Below are positions 11,638 to 24,049 of a stretch of 64,000 bases of DNA, piece after piece; position 1 is the first letter of the stretch; the number at the start of each line of letters is the position of its first letter. Below the pieces are notes generated by a model, which did no database searches, was not told the DNA's origin, and saw nothing but the letters and a program-made list of their open reading frames with translations. Source of the DNA: Felis catus (taxonomy: Eukaryota); assembly GCF_018350175.1 (NCBI RefSeq), contig NC_058368.1:92754001-92818000 (forward strand), in the 5' to 3' direction. The position numbers were made by a program, and so were the translations under genes.

Positions 11638-13139
11638 AAGAAGTTACTATTTAAAGTTTGTTATTTTTTGGATATAAAGTTGAATAAATGCATTCTTCAA
11701 ATGTGGTTAGCATGAGAGGCATACATTTTTTTTCTGTCTTACAGTTCTGTGAATAGCTTCCCCCCCCCTCCTCTTTTCTGTTTGTTCATCCTTGACTGGG
11801 TATAAATCTACTCAAGCCTGTAGTCTCCCTAAGAATAAAGGGGTATACTTTCCTTAGCTTTCTTTCCTGGTTCCTTAGGCACTAGTAGAACTTAAGCAGG
11901 ATGGGGAAATGTGGGCTCACACCATCATTGTCTTCATTCAGGAAGGTGAGGATCATGGGAGCGAATAGGTGCCTTGGATCTTCCTGTTGGAGCTGCTCAA
12001 ACAGGATCTGGCTTTCCTTTTCTTGCCTACCAAAATTTGGGTCTTCTCCAAACTCTGGTGGATTAACATCCTGTAATTCTGCTTCTTTGGCTCTGTGCCA
12101 AGCCATTTTGCCGTTTCAGCTTTGTAGATTCACTGCCAGCTCTGACTTGCAGAGCTGGGGGGTGGATGGAGTCTGTTTCTGTGCCCGGGGGTCCATCTGG
12201 CTCTCCTTATCCAGCTTTGCTTCTCTTCATCTCTACTCACTGGGTAAGGAAGCTTAAGTGCTTTGCAGTGTTTGTCTCTTACAGCCTGGTGCTAATATAA
12301 TCCGTGCAGGCATCTCACCATGGGTAAAATTCAGAGAACCTCAATTTCATGCATGTATGGAATGATGAGTATGTCTATACAGGCATGGGTGTCCCTGTAA
12401 GTCCACATACAGTAGTCAGTCAAAACAAATAAACAAACAAACAAAACAGTGATTTTATCTGATTACTCTCCCTATACCCAACAGCTCAGAGAATTTGGCC
12501 TCTGTCTGGGACAAGCTTCAAACTATGGCAAATGAGTGATCTTAATTTTCTGGGTCAAAAATAACATTGTGAGCATCCAGAATTAAATGGAAAACCTGTA
12601 GGGTTTCCTAGGCAGGATTCTTAAAGTGACACGTTCCAATCCTATTCAATATACTTTTTTCTTTATCACATGTGGGTGAAGATACATCTGTAAAGGTATT
12701 TTCCCCCCCACATTAGCCTCTCTACCTTAGGTATGTCTTGACTGTTGTGCTCCTGCTGTCCTAAAAAGGTTATCAAAACAGTTTTCTGGTTTGGGAAATA
12801 TTCTTAAGACAAAAGGGAACCCCAGGCCTTACTTCTCTGTCTCCATTTTCTTTCTTGTTACTGTGGCCAGGTATTCCTTACTCCCTTTTCAGGTTTTCCA
12901 TTGTTTAAAGAGGGTATTTAAGTTTTATCCAGGTTTATCAAAGTTGTTTTCAGAGGAAGGATTGGTATGAATAACCTAGTCGATCTTAACAAAAATCTGG
13001 AAGTGTGCCATGAAGTTTTGAAGGGTGGCTCCAGACATTGGCAGAGAGGGAGATGCTTAGGGATACTACCCAACCTGATCCCATCCCATCTGCTCAGTCT
13101 TATATTTTTACACCTCTTCTTGGTGTTGGGCTTGTACTT

Positions 13140-13401
13140 CTTTTCTATTTTTATTTTCTTTTTCTTCCTTCCTTCCTTCCTTCCTTCCTTCCTTCCTTCC
13201 TTCCTTCCTTCCTTCCTTCCTTCCTTCCTTCCTCCCTCCCTCCCTCCCTCCCTCCCTCCCTCCCTTGAGAGAGAGAATATCTCCAGCAGTTTCCATGCCC
13301 AGTGCAGAGCCTGACACGGGGCTTGATCACATGACTGAGATCATGACCTGAGCCAAAATCAAAAGTCAGATGCTTAATGGACTAAGGCACCTTGGCACCC
13401 C
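13140..13401 (-). mobile_element. Can-SINE with expanded purine microsatellite in tail
   Basis: SINE head at 13265-13401, with (CCTT)n(CCCT)n in the tail region. Confidence 0.88.
13163..13265. repeat. (CCTT)n(CCCT)n compound microsatellite
   Basis: Directly visible. Confidence 0.97.
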
Positions 13402-13414
13402 TAACTTTTCTTTT

Positions 13415-13628
13415 ATTAAATTTTTTTTTACATTTATTTATTTTTGAGAGACAGAGACAGAGCGTGAGCAGGGGAGGGGCAGAGAGAGAGGGAGACACAG
13501 AATCAGAAGCAGGCTTCAGGCTCTGAGCTATCAGCACAGAACCCGACGCGGGGCTTGAACCCACGAACCGTGAGATCATGACCTGAGCTAAAGTCAGATG
13601 CTTAACCGACTGAACCACCCAGGCGCCC
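13415..13628 (-). mobile_element. Can-SINE (felid type)
   Basis: TSD ctaacttttcttt. Confidence 0.95.
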
Positions 13629-13640
13629 CCCTAACTTTTC

Positions 13641-13970
13641 TTTCCAATTGAAGTAGAGTTGATGTGTAATATTACACTTGTTTCAGGTATACAACATACT
13701 AATTCGGCGATTCTATACATCACTCATTGTTCACCAGCATAAGTGAAGTCACCATCTGTCACCATATGTCATTACAATATTATGGACTATATTCTTGATA
13801 CTGTACTTCTCATCCCTGGGTCTTATTGGTTTTTATAACTGGTAGTTTGTTCCTCGTAATCCCCTTCCTCTATTTTGTCCATCCTCCCAACTCTCCCCCA
13901 CTCCCCCAGAAACCACCAGCTTGTTCTCTGTATTTACAGGTATATTTCTGTTTTTTGTTCTTTTGAAGTT
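13641..13970 (-). mobile_element. LINE-1 3'UTR fragment
   Basis: ttgaagtagagttg...tttcaggtatacaacat is typical of the L1MA/L1_Carn 3' terminus. Confidence 0.8.
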
Positions 13971-14685
13971 TTTATGTAAATTACAGTTAACATACAATGT
14001 AATATTAGTTTCAGGTGTACAAATATAATGATTCAACACTTTCATATGACACCCAGTGCTCATCACAATAAGTGCCCTCCTTGCTACCCATCACCCATTT
14101 CACCCATCCCCCCACCCACCTCCCCTCTGGTGACCATCAGTTTGTTCTCCAGAGTTAAGAATCTTTCTTGGTTTGCTTCTCTCTCTCTCTTTTTCCCCCT
14201 TTGCTCTTATAAGTGAGATCCTATGGTATTTATCTTTCTCTGACTGACTTATTTCACTTAGAATAATAGTCTCTGGTTCCATTCACACTGTTGCCAATGG
14301 CAAGATTTCATTCTTTTTTAAAAAATGTTTTTAATGTTTATGAGAGAGAGGGAGAGGGAGAGAGCATGAGCGAGAGCAACCATGAGAGGGGGAAGGGCAA
14401 AAAGAGAGGGAGACACAGAATCTGAAGCAGACTCCAGGCTCTGAGCTGTTAGCACAGAGCCCGACGTGTGGCTTGAACTCCCGAACTATGAGATCATGAC
14501 CTGAGCCAAAGTCAGTTGCTTAACCGACTGAGCCACCCAGACACCCCAAGATTTCATTTTTTTTGATGGCTGAGTCATATTCCATTGTATATATATATAT
14601 ACCACATCTTCTGTATCCATTCATCCACTGATGGACACTTGGACTGTTTCATTAATTTGGCTAGTGTAGATAATGCTGCTGTATG
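13970..14685 (-). mobile_element. Second LINE-1 3' end, SINE-interrupted
   Basis: ORF 14100..14282 contains ILSEISQSEKDKYHRISL (ORF2 C-terminus). Confidence 0.88.
14320..14547 (-). mobile_element. Can-SINE nested in L1
   Basis: TSD aagatttcatt(c/t)ttttt. Confidence 0.95.
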
Positions 14686-15487
14686 TTTTTTTGTTTGTTT
14701 TTATCTCTGTCATTCTTTATGTGTGAAATGTGTGATTCCTTGGTTTTAGATATCTCATTATTATTTCCAATCACCTTGATGGAGCCTGGCACATAGAATG
14801 GAATGACTAGAAGACATACAGCATAATGATAAAGTACAAAGCATCAGTTAAGTGCCACAGAAATGAGTCTCTGGCAAGGTCTTGTTTTAGGTCTTTGGTA
14901 TAACAATATAGATCGGAGCAATGGCTTGCTAAGGAAATTAACAACAGTGCATTTTGTGTCACGAACAAGCGTACAAAATGACCATAGCTGCAGAAAGTCG
15001 TGTTTACTTCACTTGTGATTATTCTAAGAGATAAGCGAACACTGATGCTCCATTGAAAGGAACCCTTTACACACCCTGATCTAACTGGGAAGAGAGAACA
15101 AGAAAGAAGCCAAGATTCCTGTGCTCCTTCCCTTAGTGCCCAGTACTGATAAGGATTCTTTCAAAACCAGGAAAACCAAAGTACATTTTTTTTTGTGGTT
15201 TTCTTGCCTTTGCCTAAATTTAAGAAACATAATTAATAGATTTCTGTCTCATGAAGGCATTTTACTTGGAGCTGATATATGAATCTGTTATTTACAATAG
15301 TTTCTGATTCCAATTAGACTTATTTATAACTTCTGAAATACATTGTTCCTCCGTTATTCTGAAGCCACTGATAGAATAACATGCCCTAGAGAACAGACTA
15401 ATACAGACCAGGGAATTTTATTTCCCTGATTCTTTTTGTGCCATAAGGTTTATCTGCCGTTTTCCTTTAAAAATATCTTCTTGACTT

Positions 15488-15709
15488 GCGACACCTGGGT
15501 GGCTCAGTCAGTTAAAGCATCCAAAACTTTGGCTCAGGTCATGATCTCATGGTTTGTGAATTCAAGCTCTGAGTCAGGCTCTGTGCTGATAACTTGGAGC
15601 CTGGAGCTGCTTCGAATTCTGTGTCTCTCTCTCAGTTCCTCCCCTGCTCATGCTTTGTCTCTCTCTGTCTCTCAAAGAATAAAAAAAACATTAAAACATT
15701 AAAAAAAAA
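15488..15709 (+). mobile_element. Can-SINE
   Basis: TSD tatcttcttgactt. Confidence 0.93.
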
Positions 15710-17089
15710 GTATCTTCTTGACTTCACAAAGGGTTTTCTTAAGGGGTAGAGGCCTTTCACAGAAGCTAACTGTTCCCCACATATGATAGAACGTGCTGTT
15801 CTAGATCTACTTAATAAAGCATGTGGTCTTCTCAAAACAAAAGTACTTTCTTGAAAATTACAATAGCAGTGTTGACCCTTGAACAGTACAGGGGCAAGGG
15901 GTGACAACCCCTTGCATAATGGAAAATCCATATATAACTTAAGACTCTCCTAAAACTTCTAATAGTCTACTGTTGACCAGAAGCTGTGGACCCCTGATCT
16001 AGAGGCAGAATTAAAAACGTTGTGTTTGACTGCAAGTCGACCACTTGGACACCTTTGGTGTTGAACTCCTGGGGTCCTGGGTGGCCAGGAGTATTGTCTG
16101 AGATCAAAAGAATTTTAAAAGGGCATCCCTTCCTGGCAAGGTACTTTCTGAACAAAGCACTGATGGAACTAATCCAGAAAAAGTGTTCTCAATGTCCCAA
16201 CCATCTCGTACAACCAAAAGACTGGCAACTAGTGTTTGTAGATTCCCTTCAAGGCTCAGAAGTCAGCAACATCATAGATGAGGTCAGTCCTGTTGATAAA
16301 ACCAACTGCATTTGCACCTAACAGTAGAGTTAGCCTTTCCCTTCCTGCCTTAAATCCTGGTGCTTGCTTCTCTTCCTTACTAATGCATGTCTTTTGTGGC
16401 ATCTTTTTTCAGAACAGGGCACTTTTGTCTGCATTAAAAACCTATTCAGGAACTGCTTTCTACTCAGTGATTTTCTTAATTGTGTCTGGGAACTCATCTT
16501 CTGTCTCTCAGTCAGCTGAAGCTGCTTCTCCTCTTATCTTGATATTTTGTAGGCCAAACCTCTTTCTAATATTATCAAACCATCCTTTGCTGGTGATAAA
16601 TTCACCAGCTTTAGGTCCTTCCTTTTTTTTAAAGTTACATATTAAAATTTTTTTTTGAGTGATGGTGACGCACAATATAAACACAAGTTTCAGGTGTACA
16701 ACATAGTGATTCAACATCTCTATACATTATGCTCTGCTCACCAGAAGTATCGATACCATCTGTCCCCATGCAGTACCTTTACAGTATCATTAGCTCTATT
16801 CCTTACACTGTGCCTTTTATCCCCATGACTTATTTGTCCCATAACTGGAAGCCTGTATCTCTAACTCTCCTTCATCCATTTTGCCCATCTCCCCCAACCC
16901 CCTCCCCTCTAGCAACCCTCAGCCTGTTCTCTGTGTTTATAGGTCCGATTCTGCTTTTTGATTATTCATTTGTTTTGTTTTGTTTTGGGGGAAAACATAT
17001 TTGTCTTTCTCTCTCTGACTTATTTCACATAGCATAATACTCTGTAGGGCCACCCATGTTGTAATAAATGGCAAGATTTCATGCTTTTA

Positions 17090-17292
17090 AAAAAATATTT
17101 ATTTATTTATTTTTGAGAGAAAGAGAGAGAGCATGAGCAGGGGAGGGGAAGGGAGAGAGGGGGGGATGGAGAATCCAAAGCAGGCTCCATGCTGTTAGTG
17201 CAGAGAACAACTCAGGGATTAAATTCATGAGCTGTGAGATTATGACCTGAGCTGAAGTTGGACACCTAACCAAGTGAGCCACCCAGGCGCCC
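17090..17292 (-). mobile_element. Can-SINE nested in L1
   Basis: Reverse SINE between aagatttcatgctttt and gagatctcctccttttt. Confidence 0.92.
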
Positions 17293-17325
17293 TGAGATCT
17301 CCTCCTTTTTTATGGCTGTGTAGTA

Positions 17326-17329
<4 letters not shown>

Positions 17330-17380
<51 letters not shown>

Positions 17381-17382
17381 GT
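17330..17382. repeat. (TG)n microsatellite
   Basis: Directly visible. Confidence 0.95.
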
Positions 17383-17864
17383 ATCATATCTTCTTTATCC
17401 ACTAATCTACTGATGGACCACTAATCTATTGATGGTTGTTTCCATATCTTGGCTCTTATGAATAATGCTGCAATTAACATAGGGATGCATATATTTTTTT
17501 GAATTGGCGTTTGTGCCTTTGTGTAAATACCCAGAAGTGGAATTACTGGATCATATTGTTGTTCAATTTTTAATTTTTTGAGGAACCTCCATACTGTTTT
17601 CCACAGTGTCTGTACCAGTTTGCATTTTCCTGCCAACAGTGCATGAACGTTCCTTCTCTATATCCTCGCCAACACTTATTATTTCTTGTGTTTTTTGATT
17701 TTAGCCATTCTGACAGGCGTAAAGTGCAATTTCATTGTGGTTTTGATTTGCAATTCCCTCCTGATTAGTGATGTTTAGCATTTTTTCATGTGTCTGTTGG
17801 CCATCTATATTACTTCTTAGGAAAAATGTCTGTTCAGATCCTCTGCCCATTTTTTCATTTTTGT

Positions 17865-17898
<34 letters not shown>

Positions 17899-18220
17899 GA
17901 GTTGTATAAGTTCTTTATTTATTTTGGGCATTAATCCCTTATTGGGTGATATCATTTGCAAATATCTTCTCCCATTCGGTAGGGTGCCTTTTTGTTTTGT
18001 TGACAGTTTCCTTTGCTGTGCAAAAGCTTTTAATTTGATGTAACCCCAATAGTTTATTTTTGCCTTTGTTTTCCTTGCTTTAGGAGGCATAAAACATTGA
18101 TTCACCTTCCTTTTGCTTTAAGTTGTCATATAATGACTTAGCTTTTTCTTAAATCATGTTAGAATCTATAGGTGTGCCCTTCTGATAGCAATCCTGCACC
18201 CATATAAAAGCTGCATTTTC

Positions 18221-18386
18221 AGGGCACCTGGGTGGCGCAGTCAGTTGAGTGTCCAACTCCTGATTTAAGCTCAGGTCATGATTCCAGAGTTGCGGGATGG
18301 AGCCCCACATTGGGCTCTGCTTTGGAATCGCTCTGTCCCTCTGCCTCTGTCCCCAGCTCATGAGCTCTCCCATATAAATACAATTA
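18221..18386 (+). mobile_element. Can-SINE nested in Tigger2
   Basis: TSD aaaagctgcattttc. Confidence 0.92.
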
Positions 18387-19585
18387 AAAAGCTGCATTTT
18401 CAGTATGAGATTAAAAAGTCTTTTGAAAAGAGTGCAAGATTTTCACACCTGCTGGTGTATCTGCAGTGATGCCTTCACAAATCCCCCTCCCCCCCCCGTT
18501 TTTTTTTAACAGTCCTTACACTGGATTCCTTTATCTTGAAATGGGATGCAAATGCAGCTCTCAAGCTATAGTAGATATCAAGCAGTTCAGCTTTTTCTTG
18601 TAATGTTGTGATTTTTCTCTGCTTCTTGGGAGCACTTCTAGCGTCACTAGTGGCACTTCTTATGGGTCCCATGGTGTTCGTCAAGGTTTATGGTATTGCT
18701 CTGAACATGATGAAATACACAGGAGAACCGCGAGAGATCACTTTTTACTGTAACACACAATTTACTGGAGAGATGAACTGCTCACGCGGAGATAATTAGC
18801 ATCACGTGGCATTTTAAGTAGATACAACACTTGAGCTCACTGTAATAGCAGGAAGTGGCTACAAAATTATTACAGTAGGACAGTATGTACTACAGTTAAT
18901 TTTATACAGTTGTGATTTAATACTGCATCTTTACATTTGTTTACATTTCTCTCGACTGTGAATGGTGCCATGGACGGTGTTAGTATGCCTAATTTTTGAC
19001 AAATTTTATGTTCTTCTAATAGATTTGTGCATATGATAAAATGGTAATGAATGATAAAATAGACTAGGATCTACTTTATGCATTTATGACATACCTAACT
19101 TCTTATTTTTTTCTGACATTTCTAGGCTATGTAGTTCATATGTGAGTTTTTTCAAATTGATAGAAATCTCCAAAAAGTTTTCCAATATACTTATTGAAAA
19201 AATCTGCCTTTAAGTGGGCCTATGCAGTTCAAACCCATGCTGTTCAAGGGTCAAATGTAATAGGCCTTCTACTTGGTGTAGGCACTGACTGGTTTTGATT
19301 TGCTGTTTTGGTTGTGATTATTGATGTTCCTTAAAATCACTTGTTTAAGGAATGGAAAAGTAGGGAAGCTCAACTCTATGGGTTGTCTGGCCTCTTAACC
19401 ACTCTTGTAATTAAAGAAATCCAGGGAAGCAAGTGGTATACTGCCCACTTCTCCGTGATCCTTGGTTATCGAGACACCAGAGCCCTATTGGGGCCTTAAA
19501 AGTTTCGTCCTCGTGGTGACATCTCTGGTGTCTCTTTGTGGTCTATGAAAGCTGCTGTGGGTTTATTTAAAAGAAACTCACATCC

Positions 19586-19760
19586 AGGGCTACTGGGTGG
19601 CTCATTTGGTTAAGTGTCTGACTCTTGGTTTTGGCTTAGGTCATGATATCATGGTTTGTGGGATTGAGCCCTGAGTTGGGCTCTGTGCTGACAGCACAGA
19701 GCCTGTTTTAGATTCCCTCTCTCTCTCTCAAAATAAATAAATAAACAACAACAACAACAA
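19586..19760 (+). mobile_element. Can-SINE
   Basis: TSD aaaagaaactca; (CAA)n tail. Confidence 0.9.
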
Positions 19761-19964
19761 AAAGAAACTCATCTTCATATGGGGAATCTAATTATATTAT
19801 CTAATTATATTAACTGTTGAGTGAAGATCTCAACAGTTAAAGAAAAACAGATGTGTAACACTAAGACCACATTTCTATAGGCTATCAATGCCTACCAGCA
19901 TTGTAGGCATCTTCACCATGTGAGGAGCCTGTTGGTATTTTACCTATGGTTAAAAATATATATT

Positions 19965-20168
19965 GGAGTGCCTGGGTGGCTCAGTTGGTTAAGCATCCGA
20001 ATTTGGCTCAAGTCAAGGTCTCACAGTTTGTGGGGGTTTGTGGGCTCTGTGCTGACAGCTTAGAGCCTGGAGCCTGCTTCGGATTCTGTGTGTCTCTCTC
20101 TCTCTGCCCCTCCCCTGCTCGCACTCTATCTCTCTCTTCAAAATTAAACATAAAAAAATTTAAAAAAA
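19965..20168 (+). mobile_element. Can-SINE
   Basis: Head, CT tract, A-tail. Confidence 0.92.
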
Positions 20169-21585
20169 TCTATCTATATTGTGATTTTTTTCTTCTGTTA
20201 CAAGGAGGTAGCCAATTTATATCTACCTTGTTACTATACAGAGGCCAGTTCTCCAGGTTGCTTGTTTTGACCCCATTTAAAGATGTCATCTGTCTAATCC
20301 TACAGCTTTATTACTCCTGAACCCTATTGGCTGAATATCTATAACCTATAGGAGAACTCTGCTCAGATTTCCATGTGGCAAGTGATTCTCATGTACCCTG
20401 CACAGAGATTCCTAATTCATCTTGAGATGCTTTTTTACCAGCTTCTCTTCCACCCACTCCTGGGAGAGGCTCAGGGCTAAGGCTTCTTTCTCCCCTCCTC
20501 TCTCTCCAGGCTAGTTACTCTACCTTAGCAAGGAATTTTTATTACCATCTGTAGAGCAGAAATTTCCTACTCCATAGTACTTTTTACTTTATGGTAAAAA
20601 CAATATGCTTACTCCTCATAGCTTTGAGTCTTGATACTTATTGGGGGATTTTTTGAATTTAGAAAATACTTTCTCTCTCTTAATGATGCATCTCTTATAA
20701 TTGAAAGTTTGGATTTTCTTTAATATTTCAAGAAAGAGCCTATTTTGCAGTACTTTTCCTTGGCATTCCAGCTATAAAACATCTAATTTTCCTCAAGGCA
20801 AAGAGTATCTCTCATTGAATGGAGGGAAAGCCAAAAACAGGGAAATGCAAAGAAGTGATGTCCATCACGTGATGTTTCTCTAGTGCTAGAATAGTGATGG
20901 AAACGTGGGATTCTGAGGGTTTCTGGTTAAAGGTAGGGCATGAACCACATGTATCTAGCACAGATGCATATGCTTCCTGAATCATTTTCTAAAAATCCAT
21001 TAAAACAAATCTAGAAAGGCATAAAATAGAGGTGGAAAGGGAAGGCTGCAATGTCAGGAATATTTTAGAAATAAGGAAAAGACTTAGTTGATCTGAGATT
21101 GCTGAATCTTATGCCAATGTCAGAGAAATAGAGGAAGCACTCTTGCACAGCAGATCTGAAATGTGCCCTAAATATGGTAGCCCCAGATACCAAGAGGGCT
21201 GACTGAAAGGCTCTTAATGGAGCAGTTTCTCCCCTCCCATTGAACACTGCCTACTCCAAGCCAACCATTAATTAATTTTTCTCTGTAGGTAAGAAGTCAG
21301 GCATTGGTGAACTGGGCACACATCAGGGCAGAGAACCAAACTGAAACATAGATATTAAATGAAATGTTGTATATGAATATTGAGATCCCCTTCTCCTGCA
21401 GACCTCTTTTTCCACTGGGCTTACAAAACTTGAGTGATTGGAAGATTATTTTCTGGGATTTCTGAGAAGTCTAGGGGCAAATACTTAAAAATACTAATAC
21501 TGGGGTTTCTCTAATAAAAGAAGAGCCAGATTCCCTTGTATAAAGGTCATGGTTGAGCATCCCACAGAATTTTCAGGCAGTTTTT

Positions 21586-21807
21586 TTTTTTTTAATTTTT
21601 AACGTTTATTTATCTTTGAGAGAGAGAGAGTGCACATGAGAGAGTGCAAGCAGAGGAGGGGCAGAGAGCAAGGGAGACACAGGATCTGAAACAGGCTCCA
21701 GGCTCTGAACTGTCAGAGCCCGACGTGGGGCTTGAACTCACAAACTGCGAGATCATGACCAGAGCTGAAGTCGGACGCTTAACCGACTGAGAACACCCAG
21801 GTGCCCC
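21586..21807 (-). mobile_element. Can-SINE
   Basis: TSD caggcagttttt. Confidence 0.95.
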
Positions 21808-22507
21808 TCCAGGCAGTTTTTAACATATGAGCAGATAGGCAATAATGAACAGACATGTGAGGGAGTGACTAAGATGAAAGATTTTGAAACAAAACTCATA
21901 CAATGACTGTAAAACCTGCAAGAAGCTAATCAGGAAAATGAAAGCTTACAGAAATTGATCATTACTATTGTCAGGCATAAGACAAAATACTGGATCTGTG
22001 CAGGAAGAACAAGATACAGTTTTTGAAGGAATATTCAGGAAAAACTCATGGAAATTAATATATACGTATGGGAAATTGGAAAGGAAAGTCAGTTGAGATA
22101 TTCAGTAGTGGAGATACCATATCTGAAAAGCAGAGAAGATGGGAAGGAGAAAAACATTAAAAATGAATTCAAGAAAAATTTCCAGAACCAAATAATTGAA
22201 TTTCCTGGAACAGCAGATGAAAGCAGACTCATACCAAGGCATAGCATGAAACAGAACCCTGGAGACAAACAGAAGGTCCTAGAAGCACCATGAAGGAGGG
22301 GGGTGGTGATGGTATTATATAAAAGATTAGAAAGCAGAAGAGCTTCAGAGCCCCTCACAGCAAATGGAAGCTGGAAAACAGTGGAGTAATGCCTTCAAAA
22401 TTTTCAGGATAAACAATATCCAACTGACAATTGTATACCCAGCGAAACTATCAATCGAGTGTGGGAAGACCAGGATATTTTCAGACATGCAAAGCCTTAA
22501 AACTCCT

Positions 22508-22700
22508 GGGGTGCCTGGGTGGCTAAGTTGGTGAAGAATCCAATTCTTGATTTTGGCTCAGGTCATGATGTTGCGGTTTGTGAGTTCAAGTCCAAACCCT
22601 GCTTGGGATTCTCTCTCTCCTTCTGTCTCTGCCCCTCCCTTGGTCACTCTCTCTGTTTCTCTCAAAAATAAGTAAGTACACTTAAAAAAACAAAACATTT
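22508..22700 (+). mobile_element. Can-SINE (internally deleted)
   Basis: Head and tail present; TSD aactcct. Confidence 0.9.
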
Positions 22701-23504
22701 TAACTCCTAAGAACTCTTTCTTGGGAAGCCACAGGGGAAGTTGCTCCATTAAAATAAGAGAGTACATGAAGAAAGAGCGATTAATGGGGTTTGGGGAATA
22801 AGAAATCCAACTCAAGGAAGAGATGAAGAGAGTATACAGGATGAAGACTGGTAGTACAGAGGGCCACTATCTTGAGTGGAACAGTTCAGAAAGCTCTGAG
22901 AGAGATGTCTCCAGTAGAGGAAAGTGACAAAAAAGAAAACTTGGCATATTTGGGTACTGAAAGATTTAGAGGATCAGAGAGAAGTGGAAATAGATTAATG
23001 CTAAGCACACAGAACTGTAGAATAGTCATTAAATCTGAAGAAAACAAGGTTGTGCAAGAAAAATATAATCAACATATACTATCGCACAAATATTAAATGG
23101 TCATGATAAGTAAACACTGAATAGAGTGTGTTACTCTTTGGGGAGGATGATAGGGGAGGGAACAATGGCTATGGTGTGGAAGAGTTGGAAGGTATAGAAA
23201 TGGTGAAGGAGTCTCATCTTTCATTGTGAAAAACAACAGTTAATCTCTGTCCCTCTTGCCTGCCCCTTCCTGTCCACCTCAATCAAGTAGTGCACCATAA
23301 ATGTGATTATTTACTGATGCAGAGGTAAATGCCAAGGGAGAGACAGCTCAAAGGCTTCTAGGATGTTAACTCTGGGGGTTGAGAATGGTGGAAGATAGAC
23401 CTATAAAGACCAAAGGTTTTCATCAGAAGCCCTTTAGAACAACTTAACATGTAAAACCTGTGTCGGAGTATCATTGATTCAAACAAACTTAATTCAAAAC
23501 AGAA

Positions 23505-23680
23505 GGAAACAGTCTAAGATTGGAGATAAAACTGTGTTCCAATCCCAAGTCTGTTGTTTTCTTACTGTGTGACTGACAGTCTCTGAGACTTTCTAGCTTC
23601 ACGGGAAAAAATCACAACTAAATGAGATAATTTATGTAAATCGCTTAATGATAGCGCTAACCTTGAGTAAGTTGTAGTAA
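23505..23680 (+). mobile_element. MIR relic
   Basis: cttactgtgtgac...ctctgag...aaatgagataatttatgtaaa core-like sequence. Confidence 0.55.
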
Positions 23681-24049
23681 ATGGGAGGCATTCGATTTAG
23701 CTTTGTATATTTTCTAAGCCTCTGAGTGGGAAACTTGGGTTAGCAAGGTTCAGGAATGCATACAAGTCAAACAGCTAAAAAGCATAAAAGCCACATTTGA
23801 CTCGGAGTCTGGGCTCTGTGCTTATACCACCTTCTCTTTCCGGCATTTCCTTGTTGATAGAAACAACTTTTTCATCTTTATTCATATATCTAGTATAGCA
23901 CCAGATTCATGATAGGTAATTAATTAATAGTAGAACCAATATTAGGCTGCGAGTTCAATAGTTTTTCCCCTGTAGTTGAATCATTGGTTCTTTATATGCA
24001 CAGGCTGTGATGTTCACCCATTTTAGTTAATGTAATAGAAGAATATAGT

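Larger units (their letters stand above)
16625..18100 (-). mobile_element. LINE-1 3' end inserted in the Tigger2 transposase
   Basis: ORF2 C-terminal peptides (17421..17636, 17701..18105); flanking ccttccttt duplication. Confidence 0.92.
15867..19257 (-). mobile_element. Tigger2 DNA transposon (both TIRs present, internally deleted, decayed transposase), interrupted by an L1 and a SINE
   Basis: TIRs gttgacccttgaaca / tgttcaagggtcaa with TA at 19258. Transposase pieces: SAPKKQRKITTLQEKAELLD (18475-18684), EFITSKGWFDNIRKRFGL..GEAASAD (CENP-B-type HTH, ~16510-16625), ILLISDNTPGHP...NTTFLILPLDQG (DDE domain, 15967-16155). Confidence 0.92.
20950..23500 (+). mobile_element. Ancient HAL1 (half-L1, ORF1-only) or old L1M ORF1 relic, with two nested SINEs
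   Basis: 22365-22500 gaagctggaaaacagtggagtaatgccttcaaaatt...tatacccagcgaaactatcaatc...ttttcagacatgcaa corresponds to the ORF1 C-terminal QWSNAFK..YPAKLSI..FSDMQ motif. No ORF2 follows. The 5' boundary is uncertain. Confidence 0.65.

Noticed and set aside
11960..12030. EQLQQEDPRHLFAP resemblance to a bromodomain helix Z/ZA loop (BRD7/9-like)
   Set aside because: Downstream residues do not continue the bromodomain pattern, so no gene name was assigned
12967..13317. ORFs with PSFL/GRKE repeats
   Set aside because: Translations of the (CCTT)n microsatellite
14881..15018. Acceptor-like cttgttttAG followed by a 42-codon open frame
   Set aside because: Short, peptide unrecognised, no convincing donor; compatible with chance
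15967..18684. Possible domesticated TIGD-like transposase gene
   Set aside because: Frameshifted, internally deleted, and interrupted by an L1 and a SINE
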